IMG/VR virus record: IMGVR_UViG_3300036852_000204
Location: 1 to 63,092 of that record
Direction: 5' to 3' (one strand)
Source of the DNA: a virus
Taxonomy: Duplodnaviria; Caudoviricetes
DNA: 63,092 nt
The notes under the pieces are model-generated. The model did no database searches, was not told where the DNA came from, and saw only the letters and a program-made list of their open reading frames with translations. How positions within the stretch are numbered: position 1 is the first letter of the stretch; each line of letters begins with the position of its first letter. This document shows positions 26,925 to 37,652 of the stretch, piece by piece. The translations under genes were made by a program, and so were the position numbers.

Positions 26925-28437
26925 GGCGACGGAGGTTCTGTATGGCGGCGCCGCCGGGGGCGGCAAAAGCCATCTGATGCGGGTGGCGTCGATCCTCTGG
27001 TGCACGGCCATACCGGGGCTGCAGGTTTATCTGTTTCGTCGCATCCGGGACGACCTATTCAAAAACCACATGGAAGGCCCCAAGGGCTTCCGGGCCATCC
27101 TGGCGGGCTGGTCGCTGAGTGGGTTCGTCAAGATCGTCGAGGACGAAATCCGCTTCTGGAACGGCTCGAAAATCTATCTTTGCCACTGCAAGGATGAGAA
27201 GGACATCTACAAATACCAGGGCGCCGAGATCCACGTCCTTCTGATCGACGAGCTGACCCACTTTACCGAGACCATGTACCGCTTCCTGCGCAACCGCGTG
27301 CGCATGGTCGGCATTTCCCTGGCCAAGCAGTTTGCCGGCATGTTTCCCCGCATCTTGTGCGGTGCCAACCCCGGCAACATCGGCCACCTCTGGGTCAAGC
27401 GCACCTTTGTTGATGGGGTGCAGGATACTCAGGTACGCAAGGCGCCGCCCAGTGAGGGCGGCATGCTGCGCCAGTTCATTCGCGCAGTGCTCGAAGACAA
27501 CCCGAGCATGGCGTCGGATGATCCGGGCTACGAGAACAGGCTGCAAGGCCTAGGCTCCAAGGCCCTTGTTCAGGCCATGCGGTATGGGGACTGGGATGTC
27601 GTAGAGGGCGCGTTCTTCGATTGCTGGGAGCCGCAGCGCCACATCCTTCGTCCATTCCCGGTGCCCAAGGACTGGAAGCGGTTCAGATCCGGCGATTGGG
27701 GCTCAGCCAAGCCGTTCTCAATCGGTTGGTGGACGATCGTTCCAGACGATTACCCGGCGCTCAACGTGTTCGATGCGCCGCTGATCGTGCCCCGCGGTGC
27801 TCTGGTCCGTTACCGAGAGTGGTATGGCGCTGCCAAGGACGAGGGCGGCAACACCATTCCCGATGCCGGACTGAAGATGGACGCCATGGAGGTTGGGCGC
27901 CGCATCGCTGAGATTGAGGGCGCCAAGTTTGACGAAACGCGCACCAAGATGATCGCCCCAAAAACGGAACTCGTGACCGGGGGCGTAATGGACCCGGCGG
28001 TGTTCTCGAACCATGGCGGCCCGTCAATCGGCGAGATGCTGTCACGGGGCGGGGCCGGGTTTGGTCCAGCCGACAATACCCGCGTTCCGCAACGCGGGGC
28101 CATGAGCGGTTGGAACCAGATGCGCCAGCGCATGCAGGGCGACGGTGAGGGCCGGGCGATGCTGTACTGCTTCTCGACCTGCACGGACTCAATACGCACC
28201 ATACCCGTTCTGCAGCACGACACGGATCGCCCCGAAGATCTCAATACGGACATGGAAGACCACGCGGCGGACGACTGGCGCTACGCCTGCAACTCCCGCC
28301 CGTTCCTGCCCGAAGCGCCTCGCGAGAAGCCCAAGAACTTCACCTACATTGCCGATCCCGTAACCGGCACCGTCTCCTCCACCTGGACCATGAACGACAT
28401 CATCAAGCGCAAGGAACGCGCTCGGAAAGGGGCTTGA
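26860..28437 (+). CDS. terL: Terminase large subunit
   Basis: YGGAAGGGKS, IDELTHF, GANPG, DWG, EDHAADDWRY. Confidence 0.95.
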   Translation: MSPSATLNLDLHPKQGVALQTKATEVLYGGAAGGGKSHLMRVASILWCTAIPGLQVYLFRRIRDDLFKNHMEGPKGFRAILAGWSLSGFVKIVEDEIRFWNGSKIYLCHCKDEKDIYKYQGAEIHVLLIDELTHFTETMYRFLRNRVRMVGISLAKQFAGMFPRILCGANPGNIGHLWVKRTFVDGVQDTQVRKAPPSEGGMLRQFIRAVLEDNPSMASDDPGYENRLQGLGSKALVQAMRYGDWDVVEGAFFDCWEPQRHILRPFPVPKDWKRFRSGDWGSAKPFSIGWWTIVPDDYPALNVFDAPLIVPRGALVRYREWYGAAKDEGGNTIPDAGLKMDAMEVGRRIAEIEGAKFDETRTKMIAPKTELVTGGVMDPAVFSNHGGPSIGEMLSRGGAGFGPADNTRVPQRGAMSGWNQMRQRMQGDGEGRAMLYCFSTCTDSIRTIPVLQHDTDRPEDLNTDMEDHAADDWRYACNSRPFLPEAPREKPKNFTYIADPVTGTVSSTWTMNDIIKRKERARKGA

Positions 28438-28438
28438 T

Positions 28439-28810
28439 ATGGCGGTCACGGAGACAATGCCGGCATCGGCCGGGTGGTCCTATGTCGCTGGCTCAGGTGG
28501 CATAGCCGATACCAGCGACGTGACGCTGGCCGCAGCGCCAACTGCCGGCATGCGCAATTATCTCTGCGCCCTGCAGTTCATCAATACGGATGCCACGGTC
28601 GGCACGGAAATCGTCGTCAAGGACGGTGCCACTGTGCTGTGGCGGGGTTATGCGCAGCATTCAGTGGCAGCCGTCACGCAGCCCGGCATGGTCAGCGTCG
28701 TCTTCCCGGTGGCGATCCGCCAGCCGAGCACGGCTACGGCCCTGACCGCCGCGTGCATCACGACCAGCAGCCAGACCTACATCAACGCGCAAGGTTATAC
28801 GGGCATCTGA
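28439..28810 (+). CDS. Ala/Thr-rich putative virion protein
   Basis: Composition and late-operon position. Confidence 0.65.
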   Translation: MAVTETMPASAGWSYVAGSGGIADTSDVTLAAAPTAGMRNYLCALQFINTDATVGTEIVVKDGATVLWRGYAQHSVAAVTQPGMVSVVFPVAIRQPSTATALTAACITTSSQTYINAQGYTGI

Positions 28811-28811
28811 C

Positions 28812-29471
28812 ATGGCCGATGATCTGACCATCACGCAAGGCACCGGCACGACCATTGCCGCCGACGAGATTTCCAGCGTCAAATACCAGCGGATCAAGCT
28901 ATCGCTGGGTGCCGATGGAACGGCGGTCGATGCCATAGCTGGTGCGGGCGTCGTTGGAACTGGTGTTCAGCGCACGACGCTGGCATCTGATGATCCCGCC
29001 GTTACCGCCCTTCAGGTCGTCGATGATTGGGATGAGTCAGATCGCGCCAAGGTCAATCTGATTGTTGGCCAGGCGGGCATTGCGGCAGGGGCCGGGGCGG
29101 TCGGCGCTACCGTTCCGCGCGTTACCCACGCTTCCGATGATCCCGCGGTCACCGCTCTGCAGTTGGTTGATGACTTCGGCGTCGGTGAATACGAAACCGT
29201 GGCCGCCTCACAGACCGCTCAGGTGATCGGGGCCACAGGCGCGGCCGGGGATTTCATATCTGGTCTACTGGTCACGCCAGCCAATACCTCGCCCGGCAAC
29301 GTCATCATTCTCGACAATGCCACCTCGATCACCGTGTTTGCCGGCGGCGCATCCAGTGTCTCCAACCTGGTGCCGTTCTTCATTCCGCTCGGCATGCGCA
29401 GCGTGTCGGGGGCGTGGAAGGTGACGACCGGCGCCGATGTGTCCGTTATCGCTATGGGGAACTTCACATGA
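28812..29471 (+). CDS. Putative virion fibre/decoration protein, paralog of 29625
   Basis: YQRIKL.LGADG...ASDDP.VT...DDWDE.DRAKVN shared block. Confidence 0.7.
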   Translation: MADDLTITQGTGTTIAADEISSVKYQRIKLSLGADGTAVDAIAGAGVVGTGVQRTTLASDDPAVTALQVVDDWDESDRAKVNLIVGQAGIAAGAGAVGATVPRVTHASDDPAVTALQLVDDFGVGEYETVAASQTAQVIGATGAAGDFISGLLVTPANTSPGNVIILDNATSITVFAGGASSVSNLVPFFIPLGMRSVSGAWKVTTGADVSVIAMGNFT

Positions 29472-29624
29472 GATGGCTGCTGGAAAATTCGCTGTTTCTG
29501 GGTGTGTTTGCCATGCTGCCGTTCTATCGCGCCACAACCCGCGCCGCTCTGGACGCATCTGGTGGTCTTCCTACCGGCACTGGCAAGTTTGGCTTTCTGA
29601 TGCTGTTCCCAAGGGCGCCCTGAT

Positions 29625-30530
29625 ATGGCAGACAACGCAAATGCAACGGCTGGAGATGGTTCGGTCGTCGTGGCTGCCGATGACATCGGCGGCGTCCACT
29701 ACCAGCGGGTCAAGCTTGCGCTGGGGGCCGATGGTGCTGGCGTCGATGCGGTGGCCGGGGCCGGGGCCGTAAGCACCGCCGTGCAGCGCGTCACGCTGGC
29801 CAGCGACGATCCCGTCACGACATCCGTGCAGATCATGGATGATTGGGACGAAACCGATCGCGCCAAGGTCAACGTCATTGTCGGCCAGGCGGGCATTGCT
29901 GCCGGCACGGGCGTAGATGGGGTCACGGTGCCGCGCGTGTCGCTTGCCACCGACGTGCCATTGCCAGCCGGCACCAACGGCATCGGCAAGCTGACCGCCA
30001 ACTCGGGCGTAGACATTGGCGACGTTGATGTCACCTCGATTTCGGCTGGTGAAAACCACTTGGGCGAGGTCGGCGGCAAGACGGCGGTGGTTGCTGTCAC
30101 GCTCAGCACAGACACATCAGCTTATGCCTCGGGCGATCTGATCGCCGACACGCAGCAGATTGACACCTTCTTCCGCAAGGCGGATGGCACTGGCGTCATC
30201 AATTCCATCAACATCATCGATGAGGATGCCCAGGGCGTTGCCCTTTACATCATCTTCATGAGCACCAGCACCAGCCTTGGCACTGAGAACAGCGCACCGA
30301 ACATCTCCGACGCCAACCTGACGGCGGGCTTCCAAGGCATCGTGTCGGTCGGGACTTCAGATTACGTTACGATCAGCGGCGCCAAGGTTGCCACCATCCG
30401 CAACATCGGCCTTCCCGTCAAAGCTGTCTCCGGCACGGATGACATCTACATCGCCGTGCTGAACTCTACGGGCACGCCGACCTTCACGGCATCCGGCTTA
30501 GAGATGCGTATCGGCGTGTTGTTGGATTAG
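29625..30530 (+). CDS. Putative virion fibre/decoration protein
   Basis: Same N-terminal block, different C-terminal domain. Confidence 0.7.
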   Translation: MADNANATAGDGSVVVAADDIGGVHYQRVKLALGADGAGVDAVAGAGAVSTAVQRVTLASDDPVTTSVQIMDDWDETDRAKVNVIVGQAGIAAGTGVDGVTVPRVSLATDVPLPAGTNGIGKLTANSGVDIGDVDVTSISAGENHLGEVGGKTAVVAVTLSTDTSAYASGDLIADTQQIDTFFRKADGTGVINSINIIDEDAQGVALYIIFMSTSTSLGTENSAPNISDANLTAGFQGIVSVGTSDYVTISGAKVATIRNIGLPVKAVSGTDDIYIAVLNSTGTPTFTASGLEMRIGVLLD

Positions 30531-30534
30531 GCCG

Positions 30535-31440
30535 ATGCCGGTCTTTCAAGGTTCGCGCTTTGCGCTGTTGAATAGGGTCTCTGCTGGCAGCCTCTCCGCA
30601 AGCACGGGTGGCACGATCAGCGAGGCAGGCGGCTATCGCATCCACACCTTCACGTCGAACGGCACGTTCACGGCGAGCGGGTCCGGGACTATCGAAGTCC
30701 TGATTGTCGCTGGCGGCGCCAGTGGCGGTTCTGACGACGGCGGCGGTGGCGGTGCTGGTGGTCTTCTGTACTACGGTGCAGAGACACCCAAGACGCCAAA
30801 CGGCGCCGCGCTGGCGGTGTCAGCGGGCGCGCATGCCGTCGTGGTCGGAGGCGGCGGCGCTGCGGTTGCGACCGGCACACATGGCAACAACGGCAGTGAC
30901 AGCTCGGCGACGATCAACGACGTCCCGTACACAGCGACCGGCGGCGGTGGCGGCGGCTTCCGCAGCGATACCGATACATCCGCTGGCCGCCGAGGCGCGA
31001 ACGGCGGGTCGGCTGGCGGCGGCTCCATCAATATCGGCGGTACTGCCTCGGGCGCGGGCGGTACAGGAACGGCAGATCAGGGCAATAACGGCGGAACATC
31101 GGCCAGCGGCAGCCCTTACGGCGGCGGCGGCGGCGGCGGCGCTAGCGCTGTTGGCACAAACGGAACCAACGGCGGGCCTGCCGGCAGCGGCGGCAATGGC
31201 CTCGCCTACTCGATTACGGGCTCATCTGTAACCTACGCGGGCGGCGGCGGTGGCTCTCAGCGCGGAGGCACCGCAGGCTCCGGTGGCACGGGTGGCGGCG
31301 GAGCCGGTTCCAACACCTCCGGCGTAAACGCTACATCTGGTACAGCAGAGACCGGTGGTGGCGGCGGCGGATGTCCGTTCAGCGCCGGCAACAGCGGCGC
31401 AGGCGGCTCCGGTATCGTGATTATCCGCTATCTGCTGTGA
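30535..31440 (+). CDS. Glycine-rich fibre-like protein
   Basis: YRIHTFTSNGTF, VAGG, GGGG repeats, GGSGIVIIRY end. Confidence 0.8.
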   Translation: MPVFQGSRFALLNRVSAGSLSASTGGTISEAGGYRIHTFTSNGTFTASGSGTIEVLIVAGGASGGSDDGGGGGAGGLLYYGAETPKTPNGAALAVSAGAHAVVVGGGGAAVATGTHGNNGSDSSATINDVPYTATGGGGGGFRSDTDTSAGRRGANGGSAGGGSINIGGTASGAGGTGTADQGNNGGTSASGSPYGGGGGGGASAVGTNGTNGGPAGSGGNGLAYSITGSSVTYAGGGGGSQRGGTAGSGGTGGGGAGSNTSGVNATSGTAETGGGGGGCPFSAGNSGAGGSGIVIIRYLL

Positions 31441-31613
31441 GTCTGGCGAACTTGCTCCACGAGGGCCGCCCATCTCTGTGCCTCTCTTTCGACTATCTCG
31501 GCACTCCGATCATCCGCCATCTGTGCGCTCTCCTGCAGGCGCCTCGCATGCTCCATGGCCGCCTCTGCAAGCGCATCGACGGCCTCTTGTGAATAGGTGG
31601 CCTGTTTCATCAT
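31428..31613 (-). CDS. Small reverse-oriented moron
   Basis: AGGAG RBS; MMKQATYSQEAVDAL... Confidence 0.5.
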   Translation of the reverse strand: MMKQATYSQEAVDALAEAAMEHARRLQESAQMADDRSAEIVEREAQRWAALVEQVRQTHSR

Positions 31614-31693
31614 TCGTGTCTCCTGCGTGATCCACAGAAACCAGCATGCCACTGAAGTGGCCCACCTGACAACAGCCCTAGCGAAGCGACCAA

Positions 31694-33934
31694 ATGATTG
31701 ACACCGAAGTCGCCGCCTCGGGCACCTACGAGTCCGAGAAGGAAGCCCAGGCCAGCAAGGCGGCGACCGTCAAGCGGTGGCTGGATGAGATCGCGCTTGC
31801 CGACTCCACGGAGAAGGACTGGCGCAAGGAAGCCCAGGAAGCCGTCAACATCTACCGAGCCGAGAAGGAAGGCGACCAGCGCCGCTTCAACATCGTCTAT
31901 TCCAACACGCAGACAAGAGCGCCCTCGCTTTACAATTCGACGCCCATCCCCGATGTCCGCCCGCGCTACAACGATCCCAACGAGACCTCGCGCCTTACAT
32001 CACAGACCATCGAGCGGGCGCTGTCCTATTCGCTGGACGCCTACGATTTCGACTCCACCATGAAGGCCGTGGTGCAGGACATGGTGTTGCCGGGCCGAGG
32101 AACCGCCAGGGTGCGCTACTCCCCGTACACAGACCCGCAGACCAACAGCGTCTATGACGAGGTCGTCTGCGAGCACGTGCTGTGGAAGAACCGCCGGCAG
32201 GGGCAGGCTGATCGCTGGGCCGACGTGCCGTGGCTCGGCTACGAGCTGTTTCTGACCCGCGACCAGATGGTGCAGCTCAACCCGGGGCTAGGCGCCAGCG
32301 TCAATCTGGACGTGGCAGTAGAGGGCATCGACAAGGACAAGGCCACCATTCAGCCCAACGTCTTCAAACGCGCCCGCGTCTGGGAGATCTGGGACAAGGC
32401 CACCCGCAAGGTTCTGTTCATCGCCCCGGCCCACACCGCCGAGCCGATCCGGGTGGAGGACGATCCCCTAGGCCTGATCAACTTCTTTCCCGAGCCGGAG
32501 CCGCTGTGCGCGGCCAGAACCTCCGACAGCCAGATACCCATCTGCACCTACAAGATCATCAAGCCGCTGGTCGATGAGCTTGAAGAGATCACCAAGCGCA
32601 TTCAGGCGTTGATCCGCGTCATTCGCTGGAGGGGCTACCAGCACCCCAACCTGCCGTCCTTCGAGCGCCTGCAGGATGCCGAGGATGGCGAGCTGGTGCC
32701 GGCCACGGACGATCTGCTGGCCCTTGCCCAGGCCGGCGGCCTCGACAAGTTCATTTGGCTGATGCCGATCGACGTGGCCATCAAGGCCCTGCAGCAGCTC
32801 TACGTGCAGCGCGAGCAGATCAAGCAGACCATATTCGAGGTCGACGGACTATCGGACATCCTGCGCGGCTCCACCGACCCCAACGAGACCCTTGGTGCCC
32901 AGGAGATCAAAGCCAACTTCGGCTCGATGCGCCTGCAGGACCAGCAGAAGGACGTACAGCGGTTCTGTCGCGACCTGATGCGCCTCAAGGCCGAGATCAT
33001 CTGCACGCATTTCAGCCCGGAGAACATCGCCGCTATCACCGGCATGGCGCTGCCCTCCAAGCAGGAGGTCGAGCAGGCCAAGGCCCGCCTGGCACAACTG
33101 GAGCAGGTGCAGAAGCAGGCCAGCATGCAGCCGCAGCTTGGTCAGCCGGGTGCTCCGCAGATGGGCGGCGGCATGAACGGCGTCGGCGCCACGCAGACCA
33201 CCATGCCGGTCGATCCGGCGCTGATGGAGCAGCTGAAGAAAACCGCCGAGTCCGTATCATGGGACGACGTGGTCGGCATGCTGCGCTCCGGCGTCACCCG
33301 CCAGTACCGCATCGATATCGAGACGGACAGCACCATCCGTGGTGAAATCCGTACCCAGCAGCAGAGCGCCTCGGCCTTCCTGGAGGGGACGGCCAAGTTC
33401 TTCGAGGCGATCGGACCAGGTGTGCAGTCGGGCTTCATGCCGGGGGATGTGGCGGTCGATCTTTACGCGGCGTTCACGCGGTTCTTCAAGCTCGGCAAGC
33501 AGGCCGAAGACGCGCTGTCGCGCATGTCGCATGCGGCGCAGGAAGCCGCCAAAAACCCGCAGGAGCAGCCGCCAGACCCGGAGGTTGTCAAGGCCCAGCT
33601 TGCCGCCAAGCAGGCCGACCAGCAGATGGCACACGACAAGGAGCGCCACAGCATGGACATGCAGTCCAAGCAGGCGGACTTGGCCATGAATAAGCAGATG
33701 AAGGAAATGGAGATCGGCGCCAAGCAGCAGGAAGCCGAGATGGATTTTGCCATCGAAGCCAAGAAGGCCGACATGGAGATGGAGTCCGAAGGCCGCCGCA
33801 TGCAAATGGAAGAGGCGGCCCAGCGCAGGGAGCTGCAGGGCAGCTATGAGACGGCGGCCTTGGATGAGTTTATGGCGCGGCAGAAGGCCAAGCGGGAGTT
33901 GGAGAAGCCAGCAGCACGGGGGAGGCCGAATTGA
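31694..33934 (+). CDS. Portal protein with long Q/E-rich C-terminal barrel
   Basis: Size and position; FNIVYSN...P, LINFFPEP, GLSDILRG....ETLGAQ.IK, YRIDIETDST. Confidence 0.88.
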   Translation: MIDTEVAASGTYESEKEAQASKAATVKRWLDEIALADSTEKDWRKEAQEAVNIYRAEKEGDQRRFNIVYSNTQTRAPSLYNSTPIPDVRPRYNDPNETSRLTSQTIERALSYSLDAYDFDSTMKAVVQDMVLPGRGTARVRYSPYTDPQTNSVYDEVVCEHVLWKNRRQGQADRWADVPWLGYELFLTRDQMVQLNPGLGASVNLDVAVEGIDKDKATIQPNVFKRARVWEIWDKATRKVLFIAPAHTAEPIRVEDDPLGLINFFPEPEPLCAARTSDSQIPICTYKIIKPLVDELEEITKRIQALIRVIRWRGYQHPNLPSFERLQDAEDGELVPATDDLLALAQAGGLDKFIWLMPIDVAIKALQQLYVQREQIKQTIFEVDGLSDILRGSTDPNETLGAQEIKANFGSMRLQDQQKDVQRFCRDLMRLKAEIICTHFSPENIAAITGMALPSKQEVEQAKARLAQLEQVQKQASMQPQLGQPGAPQMGGGMNGVGATQTTMPVDPALMEQLKKTAESVSWDDVVGMLRSGVTRQYRIDIETDSTIRGEIRTQQQSASAFLEGTAKFFEAIGPGVQSGFMPGDVAVDLYAAFTRFFKLGKQAEDALSRMSHAAQEAAKNPQEQPPDPEVVKAQLAAKQADQQMAHDKERHSMDMQSKQADLAMNKQMKEMEIGAKQQEAEMDFAIEAKKADMEMESEGRRMQMEEAAQRRELQGSYETAALDEFMARQKAKRELEKPAARGRPN

Positions 33935-34082
33935 TCGAACTGTCTAAGTCGCAAATGGTCGTTCTGGCCGCGCTATCGCTATCGTTGGCGGTGTCGCTGA
34001 GCTACGGGATTTTTCTGGTCGCCTGTACCCACAGCGACTGGCCGACGTTCGTGCGTTGGATGTTGCGCGCTGGGTGCCTCTA

Positions 34083-34487
34083 ATGCCTTCCTACGTCTAC
34101 GACCCGCAAGACGGTAAACTCGTCGACAAAGCTACCTACTATGCCACGAAGGCCGCCAGAACGCCCAGCAAGGCCGCTGACGGCCTTCCCATGCCCTACG
34201 TGCGGGGTGACATCCCCTCCTACGTCTCGCCCGTCACGGGCAAGCCTGTAGAAGGCAGGGCGGCAAGGCGGGAAGACCTCGCTCGTACAGGTTGCCGGGA
34301 GGTTGACCCCTCCGAGTACAAGCCCGTCTACAAGAACTACGAGTTCTGCCAGAAGCACCGCAAGCCCTACATGGGCGGCGATGTGCCCCCACCGATGACG
34401 AAGGATCAGCGAGTGGCGGCGAAGGAGCGGCGGGCCAAACAGGTTGCCGCTGAGAATGCAGTAGGCGCGAAGCCTAAAGAGGGGTGA
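34083..34487 (+). CDS. Head-module hypothetical protein
   Basis: YVSPVTGKPVEGR.ARREDL.RTGCRE. Confidence 0.7.
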   Translation: MPSYVYDPQDGKLVDKATYYATKAARTPSKAADGLPMPYVRGDIPSYVSPVTGKPVEGRAARREDLARTGCREVDPSEYKPVYKNYEFCQKHRKPYMGGDVPPPMTKDQRVAAKERRAKQVAAENAVGAKPKEG

Positions 34488-34490
34488 GCC

Positions 34491-34871
34491 GTGACGATGG
34501 TTCTTGAGCGCATTGCCGCCTCTCTGGAAAAGATCGCGAGCGTCCTTGAGGGAAGGCAGCGCGATGAGGACGAGGCGAAAGACTTTGCGAAGAAGGCGAG
34601 AGCCTTCTGGTCGAAGGTCGAAAGCGATAAGAGGTATCCCAGTGGTCTTCGAGATCGCTTCCGAGACATCGCTTTTCAAGATGCGCTTTGCAGCGCGGTC
34701 ATAGAGCACGATGACCCGGTGGCTCTGGTCCATGCGCTAACGCTTCCCGCCAACAAGGCATTTGTGGCTCGCCTCAACTCCCTTCCCGACGCGGAGGCTG
34801 TTGCGGAGCTAGAGAGGTTTGCTTCCACCCTTTCAGAGAGCGGCCGAGTTCTCAGGCTCATGCCTGACTGA
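34491..34871 (+). CDS. Hypothetical protein
   Basis: 126-aa ORF. Confidence 0.55.
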   Translation: MTMVLERIAASLEKIASVLEGRQRDEDEAKDFAKKARAFWSKVESDKRYPSGLRDRFRDIAFQDALCSAVIEHDDPVALVHALTLPANKAFVARLNSLPDAEAVAELERFASTLSESGRVLRLMPD

Positions 34872-34897
34872 TGGCCATCAAGTCACTCAGAGGCTAA

Positions 34898-36088
34898 ATG
34901 ACCGAACAAGTCGCGAATGCCGAACCGGCCCCGACCACGGGCGCTGGAGGCCAAACTGCGCCTGAGCAGGCCACCACAACCGCTACTCCAGCCGCCGCCC
35001 CATCCCTCGATGACGAGCTTTCCGCCGTCTACGACCGGATGCAGGCCAAGGGTGCCGAGCAGGAGCAGGCCAAGAACGCGCTCGCCAAGGAGCTGAGCAC
35101 ACCAATTGCACCTGAGAAGACCGAGGATGAGGTCTTCAAGGAGCTAACCGTTTCCGACGAGCCCGCGAAGGCGGAAGGCGAACCGGCTTTGTCCCCGGCC
35201 ATCGCCCCTCCAAATTCAGCGTCGGCGGAGATCAAGGCCCTATGGGCAACCCTTCCACCCAAAGCGCAGGAATTCATTGCGCAGCGGGAGAAGGATTCCC
35301 ACGCCAAGATCTCCGAGCAGGGCAATGAGTTGGCGACGTTCCAGCCACTTCGCCCAGTCTACGAAGCAATGCGACATGAGCTAGGGGTGCACCCAGGCCG
35401 CGAGGCAGAGGTGATCACCAACTACCTCAAGGCGGATCTGTACCTGCGTAACGATCCGATCGGTTGCCTTCGTTGGCTCGCGGAATCTGCAGGCGTCGAT
35501 CTCGCTCAGGCGTTCGGCCAAAAGTCACAGCAGGCAGCGCAACCACCCAGCGAAACTCTGGATGGTCTCTTCCGAGACGAACGTCTCGATCGGGACATCA
35601 ATCCAAAAGTTCAAAAGTTGGAAGCGACGGTTGCTCGGCTCGAAGGCCACCTAACTGCCCGTGAGCGTGCGGACATAGCGCACCGAGAGTCGACTGCCCA
35701 AGAGATCATCACCAAGTTCTCTGCTGACAAGCCGTACTGGGCTGATGTGAAGGATGATGTCACCCGCGAGGTGGCCATCCTGAAGCAATCCAACCCTCGC
35801 ACCCCCATGGAGCAGCTTATCCAGGAAGGGTACGACCGTGCCATCTGGGCCAACAAGGGCGTGCGCGAGCGCCTCCTTGCCGACCAGAGGCACGAGGCCG
35901 ACACCAAAGCCGAAGCCGCCCGCAAGGCGGCCGAAGCCGAGAAGCAAAAGCAGGCGGACAAGGCCAAGAAGATGGCTTCCCTCAACCAGCGGACGGGCTC
36001 AAGTGCCTCAGCTCCGTCGGTCGGAGGCTTTCTCGATGACGCGGCACTCGGTGCCATCTATGACCGCGCGGTTTCGGGCTCCCGATAA
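34898..36088 (+). CDS. Capsid scaffolding protein
   Basis: Acidic/coiled-coil, directly upstream of MCP. Confidence 0.75.
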   Translation: MTEQVANAEPAPTTGAGGQTAPEQATTTATPAAAPSLDDELSAVYDRMQAKGAEQEQAKNALAKELSTPIAPEKTEDEVFKELTVSDEPAKAEGEPALSPAIAPPNSASAEIKALWATLPPKAQEFIAQREKDSHAKISEQGNELATFQPLRPVYEAMRHELGVHPGREAEVITNYLKADLYLRNDPIGCLRWLAESAGVDLAQAFGQKSQQAAQPPSETLDGLFRDERLDRDINPKVQKLEATVARLEGHLTARERADIAHRESTAQEIITKFSADKPYWADVKDDVTREVAILKQSNPRTPMEQLIQEGYDRAIWANKGVRERLLADQRHEADTKAEAARKAAEAEKQKQADKAKKMASLNQRTGSSASAPSVGGFLDDAALGAIYDRAVSGSR

Positions 36089-36112
36089 TCCCAATCAGGG
36101 GACCAAACCAAA

Positions 36113-37087
36113 ATGGCAAGCCCAAACTCTACCTTTACGGAGCTGGTATCCACCACGCTCCGCAACCATCCCAACGAGGTGGCCGACAACGTCAGCACCC
36201 ACAACGCGTTCTATCGGCGCCTGAAGGACAAGGGCAAGATCCAGCTCTACTCCGGTGGCTACGAGATCGCGCGGCCGTTGGACTATTCGGAGAACTCCAC
36301 GTACCAGAGGTTCTCCGGCTTCGACGTGCTGAACGTCGGTTCCAGCAACGTCATCAGCGCCGCCAAATTCGACACCGTGCAGGCGGCCGTGCACGTGGCC
36401 GCTTCCGGCGAAGAGCTGCGCAAAAACGCCGGCAAGGAGCAGTTGATCAACCTTGCCAAGGCGAAGCTCACCAATGCTCGTCGCACCGCGGCGAACAACA
36501 TGAGCATCGACCTGTACTCGTCGGGCTCGCTGACCAACCAGATGGGCGGGCTGGGTCACATCATCCAGACCAACGGTCAGGGTACGGTAGGCGGCATTGA
36601 CTCAGGTACGTACACTTTTTGGAGGAATCAGTTCCGCGAGATTTCCGGCACCAACACGTGGACGAAGTCGACCATCAAGGGCGAGATGAACGCCATCTGG
36701 TTGACGCTCAACCGCGGCACGGACAAGCCGGATCTCATCCTGTCCACCCAGGACTTCTATGCGGCGTACTGGGAGAGCCTGCAGGATCTGACCCGCTATA
36801 ACGATCCGGGTATGGACACTAAGGCAGTGGCTGGCTTCTCGGCGCTGAAGTACGCCACGGCTGACGTGGTCTACGACAGCAACTCCAACTTCACGGCCAC
36901 TGGCGAGAAGATGCTCTTTCTCAACTCGGAGTATCTGTGGCTGCAGGTTCACCGCGAGGCGAACTGGAGCCAGGTCGACGAGAAGGTTCCCGTCAACCAG
37001 GACGCCGTGCTCATCCCGCTGATCTGGATGGGTCAGATGATCTGCAGCAACCGCTCGCTGCAGGGCATCCTGCTCGACGCCTCGTAA
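36113..37087 (+). CDS. Major capsid protein
   Basis: TTLRN....ADNV..HNA, SGGYEI..PL.Y, GTVGGID...FWRNQ, PVNQDA, CSNRSLQG. Confidence 0.9.
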   Translation: MASPNSTFTELVSTTLRNHPNEVADNVSTHNAFYRRLKDKGKIQLYSGGYEIARPLDYSENSTYQRFSGFDVLNVGSSNVISAAKFDTVQAAVHVAASGEELRKNAGKEQLINLAKAKLTNARRTAANNMSIDLYSSGSLTNQMGGLGHIIQTNGQGTVGGIDSGTYTFWRNQFREISGTNTWTKSTIKGEMNAIWLTLNRGTDKPDLILSTQDFYAAYWESLQDLTRYNDPGMDTKAVAGFSALKYATADVVYDSNSNFTATGEKMLFLNSEYLWLQVHREANWSQVDEKVPVNQDAVLIPLIWMGQMICSNRSLQGILLDAS

Positions 37088-37102
37088 GAAGGAGATACGC
37101 AC

Positions 37103-37594
37103 ATGACCTCACTTGTTGGCGCCAATCTCAGCGCCCCCCTGACCGCAACGGAAGTTGCCAACGGAAAAGGCCACAGTCTCGGCGACCGTCTTACGGACCA
37201 CAGCGGCAATACGTGGGTGTTCGTGCAGGCCTCTGCGGCCTGTGCGATCTACGACGTGTTGACGATCAAGAACGGCTACGAGACCACGCCCATCACCGCA
37301 GCCACGGCCAAGACGCCTATGGAAGTTGGGTTCGCTCAATTTGCATTCGCGGCTGACGAGTACGGCTGGGTGATGACCAACGGTCGGCCGACCATCAACG
37401 TGCTGGTGGATGCCGCCGTCAACGTGCCCCTGTACACGTCCGGCACCGCCGGCAAGCTCGACGATGCCACGACCTCGCAGGCAATCCGTGGCCTCGTGCT
37501 CACCGACACCATGACGGCAACCACCTCGGGGCCGTGCTCGGCAGTGGCGAACTTCCCGCAGGTCGAGTGGGGCGCAACCCTGAGCCAGATCTAA
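37103..37594 (+). CDS. Capsid decoration/cement protein
   Basis: After MCP with strong RBS; GNTWVFVQA, EYGWVMTNG, TAGKLDD. Confidence 0.75.
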   Translation: MTSLVGANLSAPLTATEVANGKGHSLGDRLTDHSGNTWVFVQASAACAIYDVLTIKNGYETTPITAATAKTPMEVGFAQFAFAADEYGWVMTNGRPTINVLVDAAVNVPLYTSGTAGKLDDATTSQAIRGLVLTDTMTATTSGPCSAVANFPQVEWGATLSQI

Positions 37595-37652
37595 CAGGCA
37601 CAAGAGCCGGGCGACGTTGTGTCGCCCGGCTGCTCCAGTTACGCGAGGTCAA

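Noticed and set aside
28812-30530. DGR template/variable repeat pair
   Set aside because: No reverse transcriptase seen and the differences are not adenine-specific; ordinary paralogy
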